64,000 bases of DNA from a bacterium (GTDB taxonomy: Bacteria; UBA8248): positions 160,001-224,000 of the forward strand of contig OZ241996.1 of NCBI GenBank assembly GCA_965204535.1, read 5' to 3'. Shown here one piece after another: positions 10,540 to 20,236 of the stretch. The notes under the pieces are model-generated. The model was given only the letters and a program-made list of their open reading frames with translations, did not search any database and was not told the DNA's origin. Numbering within the stretch: position 1 is the stretch's first letter; every line of letters begins with the position of its first letter. Both the position numbers and the translations under genes were made by a program.

Positions 10540-11626
10540 GGGCGCTCTCCCCTGCCCTCATCATGCGAGGGCGCAAGGCCAGATTGTCGAAGAAAGCCTC
10601 CACCTCGCGGAGGACGGCGTCCATATCCTCCATCCGGTTGACTCTCTCGCGCATCGCCGAGCCTCCCCGAAGACCCTTCGTGTAGGCGGGCAGGTGCTTG
10701 CGGCTGTGGAACGTTGCGAGCCGCTCGCCCAGCACCTCTCTCAAGAGCCGCAGGTGGCGAAGCGCCATTTTTTTCTTTTCCATCAGGCCGGGCGGTGCGG
10801 GCAACTCCCCCGTTTTGAGCCAGTGGAGAAGCCTGGAGAAAATCCACGGATTGCCAATGGCCCCGCGCCCGATCATCAGGGCGTCCACACCGGTCTTGCG
10901 AATCATGGTGATGGCGTCCTGTGGACTCAGGATGCTGCCGTTTCCCAGAACGGGCACCCTGACCGCGCACTTGACCCGCGCGATGGCTTCCAGATCCACA
11001 GCACCGCTGAACATGGCCTGTCGCGTCCTGCCGTGCACGGTGATGGCCGCAGCACCCGCTTCTTCCACCGCCCTGGCGAACACCTCCGCCTGGCTTCGCT
11101 CGACCGTGTCCCAGCCGGTGCGCATTTTCACCGTCACGGGGATTCGCACCGCGCGCACCATGGCGGAGACGATTTCATACGCTCGTTCGGGGTATCTGAG
11201 AAGGGAGGAGCCCGCCTGGTTTTTCGTTATCTTCTTGACGGGACATCCGCAGTTCAAGTCGACGATGTCCGCCCCCGCTTCCTCCACCATGGCGGCCGCC
11301 TCGCCCATCTGGGCCGGGTCCGCGCCGAAAAGCTGGATGGAGACCGGCTTTTCCGCCGCGTCGTTCCGCATGAGATCGTAGGTCTTCTTGTGCCGTCGCA
11401 CGAGGGCCTGGCTGCTCACCATCTCGGTGGCCACCATGCCTGCGCCGTGCGCCTTGACCAGCGTGCGGAAGGGCAGGTTCGTGTAGCCCGCCATGGGCGC
11501 CATGATGAGGCGGTTCTCGAGCCTCACGCCGCCGATATAGAGGGGCGCATCGAAACCCGCCGGTGGGGGCGGAACCTTCTCCAGAGGCGCTTCGCTTACG
11601 CTCGGGCCCGCTTCTTCGGGGCGCAT
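10529..11626 (-). CDS. dusB: tRNA dihydrouridine synthase DusB
   Basis: MAPMAG, QLFG, DLNCGCP, TVHGRT, MIGRG motifs. Confidence 0.88.
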   Translation of the reverse strand: MRPEEAGPSVSEAPLEKVPPPPAGFDAPLYIGGVRLENRLIMAPMAGYTNLPFRTLVKAHGAGMVATEMVSSQALVRRHKKTYDLMRNDAAEKPVSIQLFGADPAQMGEAAAMVEEAGADIVDLNCGCPVKKITKNQAGSSLLRYPERAYEIVSAMVRAVRIPVTVKMRTGWDTVERSQAEVFARAVEEAGAAAITVHGRTRQAMFSGAVDLEAIARVKCAVRVPVLGNGSILSPQDAITMIRKTGVDALMIGRGAIGNPWIFSRLLHWLKTGELPAPPGLMEKKKMALRHLRLLREVLGERLATFHSRKHLPAYTKGLRGGSAMRERVNRMEDMDAVLREVEAFFDNLALRPRMMRAGESAHAA

Positions 11627-11647
11627 CAGCTTATCCTCTTGAAACGG

Positions 11648-12772
11648 CTATCCATTCGACGCATCTCCCAGTTCCCAGGAAGGGTCCGCATCCATGTCGG
11701 CGTAATCCATAAAACGCTCACGCCCGCGTATTTTCAGCCTGAAACCGCCTGCGCAGGCGATCATCGCCGCGTTGTCCGTGCAGTATTTGCGCGCGGGGAA
11801 ATGGAGCGACCAGCCCTCCCGCTCCGCTCGTTCGGCGAGCTTCACCCGCAGATACGAGTTCGCGGCCACGCCCCCGCTCACGGAGACGGCAGGCAGATTC
11901 TCCCGGCGGGCCACCCCGCTCACCTTCTCCACCAGAACCTCCACCGCCGCTTCCTGAAAGCCCGCGGCCACGGCGCACGCCACCTCTTCGGGGACGTCCT
12001 GGGGACGCGCCCAAGGGGGGAGGTTCCTGTCGCTCAGGTACAGCCCTCTTTCTTTCTGATAGTTTAACACAGCCGTTTTCAACCCACTAAAGCTGAAAGC
12101 GTAAGGTCTGTCCTCAAGAAACGGCCGGGGGAATACAACCGGAGCAGTACCGCTCCCGTTCGCTTCGAGAAACTTCGCGTGCAGGCGATCGACGATGGGG
12201 CCGCCCGGATAGCCCAACCCCATGATGGCCGCCACCTTGTCGTAGGCCTCGCCCAGGGCGTCATCCAGCGTGCCGCCCAGGTGCGTGACCTCCGAATGCC
12301 CGTCCACGCGGTAGAAATCCGTATGCCCGCCCGAGACCACGAAACCCAGATGGGGAAACGGGGGCAGCGCTTCGCTCCCCTCTCCCGTAGGCAGAAACAA
12401 GGAATGAACGTGGCCGTCCAAATGATGCACGCCGATGAGCGGAACGCCCAGGCTCCACGCCAGTCCCTTGGCGGCGGAGAGGCCCACGAGCAGGGCCACC
12501 ACCAGGCCGGGGCCGCGCGTGACCGCCACGGCGTCGACCTCTTTCGCCGAAATGGATGCTTCCTCCAGAGCCGCCTCCAGCACGGGCGCTATCATCTCCA
12601 CGTGGCGGCGCGCCGCGAGTTCGGGGACCACGCCGCCGTAGCGCGCATGTATCTCGTGCTGTGAGGCCACGACGTTCGAGAGGACTTTCGGGGTGGAACC
12701 ATCCCCGAATTCCAGAACGCCCGCCGCCGTCTCGTCGCAACTCGTCTCCACGCCCAGGATATACACGTTCAT
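11648..12772 (-). CDS. tsaD: tRNA threonylcarbamoyltransferase TsaD
   Basis: LGVETSCDET, GGVVPELAARRH, HHLDGH, VSGGHT, GGVAAN, TDNAAMIA. Confidence 0.95.
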   Translation of the reverse strand: MNVYILGVETSCDETAAGVLEFGDGSTPKVLSNVVASQHEIHARYGGVVPELAARRHVEMIAPVLEAALEEASISAKEVDAVAVTRGPGLVVALLVGLSAAKGLAWSLGVPLIGVHHLDGHVHSLFLPTGEGSEALPPFPHLGFVVSGGHTDFYRVDGHSEVTHLGGTLDDALGEAYDKVAAIMGLGYPGGPIVDRLHAKFLEANGSGTAPVVFPRPFLEDRPYAFSFSGLKTAVLNYQKERGLYLSDRNLPPWARPQDVPEEVACAVAAGFQEAAVEVLVEKVSGVARRENLPAVSVSGGVAANSYLRVKLAERAEREGWSLHFPARKYCTDNAAMIACAGGFRLKIRGRERFMDYADMDADPSWELGDASNG

Positions 12773-12950
12773 GCTCCTCGCTTTGCGCAAACCTCATCAA
12801 ACTCTGGTTCAAGTGGATACGGGAATTTTCGCAGGGAATCAACGTCTGGCGAGGTGTGAAGGCGAGATTCGGGATGTCATTTCACTCTTGAGGGTCTACG
12901 TCGACACCACGGGGGAGTGGCTTTTCCCTTTCGCCGTTGGAAGTTCATCC

Positions 12951-12975
12951 GTAGGGACAGGTCGCGACCTGCCCC
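12951..12975. repeat. GTAG-type REP palindrome GTAGGGACAGGTCGCGACCTG(T/C)CC; further copies at ~14559, ~15786 and ~22505
   Basis: GTAG tetranucleotide followed by GC-rich palindrome, recurring in intergenic DNA. Confidence 0.75.
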
Positions 12976-13030
12976 TGCAACGGGTGCAGTATTCGCCCGT
13001 CATTCCGGCGCATGTTGAATTTACAGAAAT

Positions 13031-13666
13031 CTACACCGTGATGGTGACTCCGCATCTACGTCCCGCCAGACGCACGTCCGAGAGGAACGTCGTGTCGAAC
13101 AATCCATCGCGCGCGCTCAGGATTCGGAAATCCTCAGGCTTTACGCGGTCTCCGAAGAACAGGTATGCGGTGTCCGGATCGCACTGGTTCGAGGTCCAGA
13201 GCAAACCCTCGACGCCGGGGAACCGGTGGTGTACGGCGCTCGCCCATCGGGCGGTCTCGGGATAAAGCTTCGGCGACGTGGCGAGCAGCGAATTCCGGCC
13301 GATGCGCCACCGCCTGAGGTCGGGGCTGCGCAAGGAAGCGAGGCGCAAGTCCCGCAGGACTTCCAGCCGGGCGTTCGCACGGCTTTGCACGAGCGTCCTG
13401 GGAACGGTCTTACGTTTCGCCGTTACGGGAACATCGTGGAAGATCGTTTCATGGATCGCCGCCTCCAGCGTGTCGGCCGCGTAAAGAGACGGGACGCACT
13501 CACCCGCCGCATCGTAGACGGGAGCGAAGCGCGTGGGAGAACCTTTGCAAGGATTGAAGGCGTTCGCGCCGTAATTCCTGTCGTGCACCCGGTGCACGAG
13601 CGCACCGGCTTCGAGCGTAACGAGGTTGGGTTCTGCGAGCGAAGCCGGGGGTTTTCGAATCGTCAT
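13031..13666 (-). CDS. RES-domain toxin
   Basis: R (HRVH), RF, LYAA, E (HETIFH) and S (WTS) of the RES fold; lies downstream of antitoxin. Confidence 0.8.
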   Translation of the reverse strand: MTIRKPPASLAEPNLVTLEAGALVHRVHDRNYGANAFNPCKGSPTRFAPVYDAAGECVPSLYAADTLEAAIHETIFHDVPVTAKRKTVPRTLVQSRANARLEVLRDLRLASLRSPDLRRWRIGRNSLLATSPKLYPETARWASAVHHRFPGVEGLLWTSNQCDPDTAYLFFGDRVKPEDFRILSARDGLFDTTFLSDVRLAGRRCGVTITV

Positions 13667-13680
13667 CCAGCGAACGCGCC

Positions 13681-14355
13681 CTACCCGACCCCTGGGTCGA
13701 CCAACCTCCGGGCGGCATCGACGACGGCGTCCGGATCGGAGAGGCGCTCCTGCGGTTCGGCACCGTCCAGCCAGCCGTTGCCGGATGCGAACCACATGGC
13801 GATTTGCCAAGCGGTCATGTCCTTCGGAAGAGCGGCGAGAATCGCCTTGACCACCGGCTTCGGTGCGCCGTCGGCGAACTGAAAGGCCGGATAGTGGTCA
13901 ACCCCCGAGCGGCGCACCGCGAACAGTTTGCCCTCCCGTTTCCAGCGGGAGGCGGGTTCGCTCTTGTTGCGCGGGTTTAGACCCGAAGCGACGCGAACCT
14001 CGGCTCCGGTCAAAAGGGGCGTTTCTTGAAGATACCGGGAGCGCAGTCTGGCGTTGTCGATTTCGATTTCATTCTCGACCCGGGGGCGGGGCGCGTCCGA
14101 GAGAATGACGTCGAGTATTTTCTCGATATTCGCCTCGGATAATCGGTATCCGCGTTCAGCCGCAAGGGCAGGCAGCGCTTCGAGCGCCCGTTCGAGCAGT
14201 TCCGCCCGCCCCTCCGTGCGTTCGCCCACGAGGAGCCAGGCGCCGGGCAGGGAACCCTTCGGGCGTGAGGAGCCACCGATCCTCCTGCGCAGACTGGCGG
14301 GCAGCCGCTCGATTTCGCCGGGCGTCAGATCGATCAGGGACAACGTTTCACTCAT
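13681..14355 (-). CDS. Xre/MbcA/ParS-like antitoxin
   Basis: YPAFQF and WFASGNGWLDGAEP C-terminal motifs; lies upstream of RES toxin. Confidence 0.72.
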   Translation of the reverse strand: MSETLSLIDLTPGEIERLPASLRRRIGGSSRPKGSLPGAWLLVGERTEGRAELLERALEALPALAAERGYRLSEANIEKILDVILSDAPRPRVENEIEIDNARLRSRYLQETPLLTGAEVRVASGLNPRNKSEPASRWKREGKLFAVRRSGVDHYPAFQFADGAPKPVVKAILAALPKDMTAWQIAMWFASGNGWLDGAEPQERLSDPDAVVDAARRLVDPGVG

Positions 14356-14399
14356 GCGGACATCCTCCAGGACGAGGCGTGAGATCCATTAGATTAAAA

Positions 14400-14428
14400 A
14401 ATATAGGGAATATCATGCATATTGTCAA
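14400..14428 (-). promoter_or_regulatory. sigma70 promoter of the RES-Xre operon
   Basis: Minus strand TTGACA-17 bp-TATATT. Confidence 0.7.
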
Positions 14429-14628
14429 ACCCGCGCGTTCGTGAATGAGGGATGGTGGTCCTAAGCCGTCATTCCGGCACGCGCCAGAATGACGGCAGTG
14501 GTGAAATCCAAGCGAGAAAGGTCTTTTTCAACAGCCGTTTGGGAGTCGGGTCTCACCCGTAGGGACAGGTCGCGACCTGCCCTTCACACCGGAAAACAAG
14601 ATGCCTTCATCTTCACGCAACGGCCGGG

Positions 14629-15570
14629 CTAGTCGCGCCTGGCTCCGAATGCGCCGGAAACATCATGAATATCTCCACCGCCCCCCTCATTTTCAGCAGC
14701 AGACGCCCCGAAACTGAACAAGCCGCCCACTTCCTCATGGTTTTGGCCATAGAACCGGCCGGAAACGCCTCTCCTCTCAGGATGCCGGCTGGCGTCCGCC
14801 TCGCCTTCACTGAGGGGAACGACGCCGAACGATCCGTCCTTGAGCGCCAGCCCTTCCCAGGAAACATCATCGAAACGGACACCCGTTCGTTCGTCTTTCA
14901 TATTCGTGAACTCGACATCGACCAGCAGATCAGGATTTCCTCCTGGACGGGAAACCGTTATTTCGGCATCGCCCCTGACGAAACCATCCGGCTCGGCGAT
15001 ACGGATACCAACCATAATCCCGGACCACGTCGCGGCGCCGCCGGCCAGAACATCCGGATTCGAACCTGTCGCGTTTCCTATCGAATAGGCGCCATAGTAA
15101 TTTGCGGAAACCCGGTTCTCTTCAGACGCCACCTCGATTCCGGGCGTCTTGATGAGGAAAAAACTATGGTCGATCCAGCCGGCCAGGGCGCGGTAGTCGG
15201 CAGCATCGCCCCCTCCTCTTGAAACGCCTGTCCTTTCCGCCAAAGACACGCCGTGACGGCGTTCCATGAAAAGAAAACCGGAAAAGTCAAACTCGCCGAC
15301 CGCCCTGTAGTGAACCGGCCCGAGCCCTCCTTCACATCCGATTAGCAACGCCGCACAGGTAGCATAGCCGGGAGGAGGCGGATCGGCGCCGAATCGAGCC
15401 AGCGCGGGAGGTTTCGAATCGCTCCTCAAGTCGTTCAAAACGCCTTCGATTTCAATCGGCTCCAGAATCGCGGACCCGGCGCCCTGACCGCCGCCTCCAC
15501 AACCGGACAACATCATCAGGAACGACACGACTGCTACAAGAAGTGAAAGCCGGTTCCTCCTGCTCCGCAT
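14629..15570 (-). CDS. Surface lipoprotein with TbpB-like C-terminal beta-barrel
   Basis: Lipobox LSGC+GGGG; C-terminus GRFYGQNHEEVGG...GAFGARR. Confidence 0.65.
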   Translation of the reverse strand: MRSRRNRLSLLVAVVSFLMMLSGCGGGGQGAGSAILEPIEIEGVLNDLRSDSKPPALARFGADPPPPGYATCAALLIGCEGGLGPVHYRAVGEFDFSGFLFMERRHGVSLAERTGVSRGGGDAADYRALAGWIDHSFFLIKTPGIEVASEENRVSANYYGAYSIGNATGSNPDVLAGGAATWSGIMVGIRIAEPDGFVRGDAEITVSRPGGNPDLLVDVEFTNMKDERTGVRFDDVSWEGLALKDGSFGVVPLSEGEADASRHPERRGVSGRFYGQNHEEVGGLFSFGASAAENEGGGGDIHDVSGAFGARRD

Positions 15571-15878
15571 CCTGCGTTCCTCCGGTTGCTCCCGGTTTCA
15601 GATGCACGACCCCGCACGCAGATTGCGCCAGGCTCAAGATGCGTTCCTTTCGAGGCGCACTTGGTCTTGCTTTCGGCATTCTGCCTTTGTTTCGACGGGC
15701 CTGAAGCAGACGGTTCTCCGGCAGGTTAGCTCAGGGCCGGACCCGGAACAACGGGCGGGATGAAGACAGGCAAGCCGGCAAGCTCGGACAGGTCGCGACC
15801 TGTCCCTACAGCACCCCTTTCCCGGTCGGCTCCATATGGAGAATCACGAAATCAGAGCTTTTTCAACAGCTCCTCCCC

Positions 15879-16275
15879 GGTCAGGTCTGATTCCGGAATG
15901 ACGGTGGTTTTTCGCGGTCGATGAAGAGGAGGGTGGGTAGGGGCGCTTCGCGAAGCGCCCGCCTCCTCAGACAAGGGCCGTTCACGAACGGCCCCTACGA
16001 GAACCGGGGCTGGGGCCGGGGTCATAAAACCGGGCGAACACATCGGTCCCCGGACAGGCGCTGGGGCCTGTCCGGCTACGGCGCCAAACCCGAGCAGTGA
16101 CGCCGCGCGTCCCCGGCCTAGGCGCCCATCTTCTTGTCGAGGAACGAATCCTTGAGGTATTTCACGGCGCGCTCGAGCTGAGTGTCTTTCTCTTCCGCAT
16201 CGGGGCTTTTCGCCGGGCCTGCCTGGGGGCCGCTCGCGCCTTCTTCTTTTTTCTCCCCGTCCTTTTCCGCCTCGC
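15879..16275. repeat. 397-bp direct repeat, copy 1 (ctpA 3' end fragment plus downstream REPs)
   Basis: Matches 20237-20633; two substitutions noticed by eye. Confidence 0.92.
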
Positions 16276-16337
16276 AAGGACAGAAACGGAAAATTCTCTA
16301 CAATTACGTTTTCTTTTCAGTGGTTTTGTCTAACAGG

Positions 16338-17723
16338 TCACCGTTTCCCGCCGAACGCAGCGGACAGATCGCTTCTTTCTAGAACACCGCCCATACCTTC
16401 ATGTTCAGGACCGAAAAACGCGCCGGTAACTTCACCCGCATCGCCGCCGGTTTGAACGAACGTGTTGCCGCGCACTCCGATCGAGTAGCCGAGGTCGCCA
16501 TCTCCCCACGTTCCGCCGCCGTCGAACTGCAAATTGGTGAAATCGAGTCGTCCGTCGAAGTCCGCCAGATCGACTGTAAGCTCAGAATCGCCGACGACCA
16601 CTCGCGCAGATGACGCAATGCCCAGAAGCACCCCAATCCATGTCGCGGTCCCCGTCAATTCTTCATTATCCGCCAAGTTCGTCCACGGGGTGGGACCTTG
16701 CGCCCAAGGCTGCGCCAAGTCGTTCCTCGAAGCGACGCCGAAGGAAACCTCGCCACCTGTAACCCTCAAATCCCCGCGAATGTGAAACGACGTGTCGCTC
16801 CACAACCCGAGACTCTCCACCGATATGTCTTCCGGGAGCTCGCCGGGAGAAAATCTACCATAGGCCGCAAGTAGAGCTTCGCCGTCGATTTTTCCCAAGG
16901 CGTATCCAGTAAAATTCCGAGGCGTATGGGGTTTGAGGGTGGCGTTCGGGAATCGCTGCGGATCAACATGACCCGCGAATCCCACCGCATGGAGCAATTC
17001 ATGAACGATGGTGCGGATAGTTCTCTCTTCCGGATAAGATGCAAGCTGTGCGCTGTCAATCAGCACATGAGCGCGTGATGCCCTGACGACCTCTCTCCTC
17101 CCCGTTCGCGGATCCGTACGGGCAAAATACCTTTGTCGCGCAAGTCCAATATACGAGTCTTTCGCTTCATAAGGCCACTCCGCCTGTGGGATAAACTCAA
17201 TGATGATGCTCCCCTCCGGCACGTCAAGGATTGTTTCAGGATCGGGCGCGGGAATAAGGCTGAATGAAAGCCTTTTCTCGTACGGCAACGCCGCATTGAC
17301 GATCTGAACGGCGCGCACTGCATTATCCGTGAACCTCGCACTTGTTCCCACGGCAACGCCGACGACCGACGGCTCCTCAAACGTCCTGAGCCCTACAGCG
17401 TTGCCCTCGGTCGTTCTTGGATGAAGATACTCAATGACGTCCCGCGTTCCCGCGCCATCCCGCACCCGACCGGACGAAACGGAAACCTCGTTGCGCGCGC
17501 CCGTCTCCACGAGCCGGGCTTTGGGCGCTGCAACGTCGGCACCGATACGGAGCGAACCATCAAGATCGGTAATCGGCGCCTGCGGCGCATGAGCAGGCGT
17601 CTGCAGCGGAATTTGAGGAAGAATAGCCGGGCGTCGCGGCACGCTCGAACCGCCGCCTCCACCACAACCTGAAACAAGAATCGTCGCCAAGAAAAACGCC
17701 AGGACGTTCTTAGACATCTCCAC
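16338..17723 (-). CDS. Surface lipoprotein with zinc-metallopeptidase motif and TbpB-like C-terminal barrel
   Basis: Lipobox VSGC+GGGGG; HELLHAVGFAGH; C-terminus GAFFGPEHEGMGG...AAFGGKR. Confidence 0.7.
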   Translation of the reverse strand: MEMSKNVLAFFLATILVSGCGGGGGSSVPRRPAILPQIPLQTPAHAPQAPITDLDGSLRIGADVAAPKARLVETGARNEVSVSSGRVRDGAGTRDVIEYLHPRTTEGNAVGLRTFEEPSVVGVAVGTSARFTDNAVRAVQIVNAALPYEKRLSFSLIPAPDPETILDVPEGSIIIEFIPQAEWPYEAKDSYIGLARQRYFARTDPRTGRREVVRASRAHVLIDSAQLASYPEERTIRTIVHELLHAVGFAGHVDPQRFPNATLKPHTPRNFTGYALGKIDGEALLAAYGRFSPGELPEDISVESLGLWSDTSFHIRGDLRVTGGEVSFGVASRNDLAQPWAQGPTPWTNLADNEELTGTATWIGVLLGIASSARVVVGDSELTVDLADFDGRLDFTNLQFDGGGTWGDGDLGYSIGVRGNTFVQTGGDAGEVTGAFFGPEHEGMGGVLERSDLSAAFGGKR

Positions 17724-17922
17724 TTCCTCCTTTATGACAATGTATTTGGGGCTAACTCAAACCTGGCCAGCCGCAGAACAGGCTGACATCGATTGGGTTC
17801 CTGCTACTGCGACTTTCGGTGAAGCCGCGCCACATTCAGCAGGCGACTAGGAAAATGGATGGATGATCGGAGCCGCTGTAGGTTGAGACATAGGTCGCCC
17901 GGTATTCCCTGCTCTGCATTCG

Positions 17923-18669
17923 TTACCGTCCATGCTTTTTCAACCACTCTTTTGCGAGACGGTTCGCCTCATTTATCTCACCAAGCATCATTCTTTCATA
18001 AAGCCATTCTTTGGCTCTGATTGCCCTTTTTCTCATATCCTTGTCTTTGATTCTGGCGTCTTTTCCTATTGCACCCACGATATTGAACCACATATAAGCT
18101 TTGGTATTATCTTTCTCTATCAATTCTCCTTTGAGGTACAAAAACCCCAGATTCAAAGCTGCGGGTGGATGTCCTTTCTGAGCGGCTTTCGCATACCACT
18201 TAATCGCTTTTTTCTCGTCCCACGGAACGCCTCGTCCGTTCGCATACGCCCATCCCATGTTGTATTGCGCTATCATGTGCCCTTGTTGGGCCGCCCTTTT
18301 GTTCCACTCCGCTGCCGCCTCCTCGTCTTTCTCGACGCCGTATCCTCTCCGATACATGACGCTCAATATATGTTGCGCCGCCCTACTTCCATTTTCCGAC
18401 TTTTTTCGTAACCCCGGTTCCGCTTTACGAAACCATTTCTCGGCCTCATCCTTGTCGAGCGGAAGACCACGTCCTTTTTGATACATGAAACCTATAGCGT
18501 ACTGAGCTCTTGCATTCCCTTCCCTAGCGAGGGGCATCAAAATCTCTACTGCCGCAATGTAGTTTGCATTTCGATATTCATCCCATCCTTTTTTCAAGTC
18601 GTTTGCGATGGAACCTGAAACAAATAGAACGAGAAGAAAAAAAACGACGAATAAGATGCGCTTGAGCAT
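17923..18669 (-). CDS. Secreted Sel1-repeat protein
   Basis: Signal peptide; AQYxxGxxYxxGxGVxxDxxxAxxWxxKAAxxG repeats. Confidence 0.9.
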   Translation of the reverse strand: MLKRILFVVFFLLVLFVSGSIANDLKKGWDEYRNANYIAAVEILMPLAREGNARAQYAIGFMYQKGRGLPLDKDEAEKWFRKAEPGLRKKSENGSRAAQHILSVMYRRGYGVEKDEEAAAEWNKRAAQQGHMIAQYNMGWAYANGRGVPWDEKKAIKWYAKAAQKGHPPAALNLGFLYLKGELIEKDNTKAYMWFNIVGAIGKDARIKDKDMRKRAIRAKEWLYERMMLGEINEANRLAKEWLKKHGR

Positions 18670-18885
18670 GATATTCCTCTGGTCGAGCAGTCGAAATATT
18701 CCCGGCCAAGCCCCTCGCCGGGCCGGTCTCCCAACAACTCACGGATTCATGGTGGGTTCCCACCTATTCCGGCCTCGGGAGAGACCGTTTTGTATTCAGC
18801 GGGCGACCCGGACACAAGGTCGCTCCGCAAGCTGTTGGGAGTAGGGAAAGTGTATACAAGGTGAGTTTGCAGGACAAGCGATGTT

Positions 18886-19434
18886 TTATTGCGCAGAGAA
18901 AATGCCAGGGTTACTTTCTATAAACGGAGACAAAGCAGCTAGGAGGCCCATGTTTTTCACTCTCTCCAAAATGAATTTTGCGAGAGATTCATCTTTTGTT
19001 TTTATGGCCGCTTCAAATGCTTTCATGTAGTTTTCCATCGCTTTTTCTGATGGGCCTGTTTTAGCATATATTTCCGCCATACAATAATAAGGGTGAGGCA
19101 TATCAGTTCCACCCATCTTTAGCACTGTCATGCAGTCCGCAACAGATTTCTCATAATCCCCCATATCCTTATAGGCCATCGCCCTGTTGCTAAGAGCGAC
19201 CAGATCTTGGTTTTTTGATAAATCCCATGCCTTATCCAAGTTCTCAATAGCCCTTTGGTAATCCCCTAAAATTCCATACACCACCCCTCTATTTCGGTAA
19301 GCAACTTGCTGTTCTGACTCATCTCCACTTCTCTCGATAACATTCGTAAGATACCCGAGAGCTTCTAAGTAGTCTTGGGAGTCAAGAGCTGCTTTAGCTT
19401 TTTGAAAATCGCTAGTTCTTTCTGAGTCGCTCAT
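18886..19434 (-). CDS. Tetratricopeptide-repeat protein
   Basis: AYRNRGVVY..LGDYQRAIENLDKA and ALSNRAMAY..MGDYEKS repeats. Confidence 0.85.
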   Translation of the reverse strand: MSDSERTSDFQKAKAALDSQDYLEALGYLTNVIERSGDESEQQVAYRNRGVVYGILGDYQRAIENLDKAWDLSKNQDLVALSNRAMAYKDMGDYEKSVADCMTVLKMGGTDMPHPYYCMAEIYAKTGPSEKAMENYMKAFEAAIKTKDESLAKFILERVKNMGLLAALSPFIESNPGIFSAQ

Positions 19435-19450
19435 ACAAACCTCAACCTTG

Positions 19451-19867
19451 TCAATCTGGGGATCGGATGATATATCCTCGCTCTCTTGCGGACTCAGTAT
19501 CTCTTCTTAATCGATCAACTACTTCTTTAATTTGATCACGCATTTTTTCTGATTCTTGCAAATGCCCTTTGATCTCTTGCGCGTTTTTTCGCGCATCTTC
19601 CATTATCCCCCGCATGCTTATGGAGTTTATCAGTCCTCCTATTGCGAATACGAAAACCGCGATCGTAAATATAAAACCCATAAATCTCAGTAACATTGTA
19701 GAAGATGAGTCACGCAAAGACACGATCTTTTCTGCAAGCTCAATGTCAGCTAGCCGCATTTCTTCTCTGGTGGGGGAAAGATTATCTTGAAGATATTCCG
19801 AAGCGTTTGCATAGAATACAGAGGAAAAGAAGCAAAGTAGGACAAATACAAAGAGATAGTGCTTCAT
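19451..19867 (-). CDS. Hypothetical membrane protein with coiled coil (AT-rich)
   Basis: ORF track; signal-like N-terminus at MKHYLF, one TM segment, charged tail. Confidence 0.55.
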   Translation of the reverse strand: MKHYLFVFVLLCFFSSVFYANASEYLQDNLSPTREEMRLADIELAEKIVSLRDSSSTMLLRFMGFIFTIAVFVFAIGGLINSISMRGIMEDARKNAQEIKGHLQESEKMRDQIKEVVDRLRRDTESARERGYIIRSPD

Positions 19868-20236
19868 GGGCGTTATCCGGGTTGTCAAAAAGTGAGATGT
19901 AATTATTGCATGGACTAGTGGGAGATACAACCACCATATCTCAATCCCAGAAAAAGATTGAAAGAGTCTTAAACTTGGAAATACCGTTTGTTACAGCAAT
20001 TCCTCACCCAGGGCAACTCCTCCTTCACCAGTTAGAAGTGCTTTTTAGGGGACGAATGTAGCTCGATAGTTCGTGAACGCGGAGGCTCGTTTTGCCCGTC
20101 ATTCCGGCGTGTGCCGGAATCCAGGGAATTTGTCTTTTCCTCTTTTGCTTTTCGCCTTTATTCCCATTCGAGCAGAGAGGAAATGAAAAGCCACGACACC
20201 TTCACCCTCCCTGGTGCTGAATTCCGCACCCCCCCT

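Noticed and set aside
17794-18824. c-di-AMP (ydaO) riboswitch call for the GCUGAAU...GGAACC motif
   Set aside because: The downstream conserved half (GGGGxGAAU ... CCCGxCAGCUAAC) is not present.
16275-20236. Classical integron cassette array
   Set aside because: Genes are co-oriented and one intergenic inverted repeat is attC-like, but consistent RYYYAAC/GTTRRRY pairs after each gene and an IntI gene are not visible.
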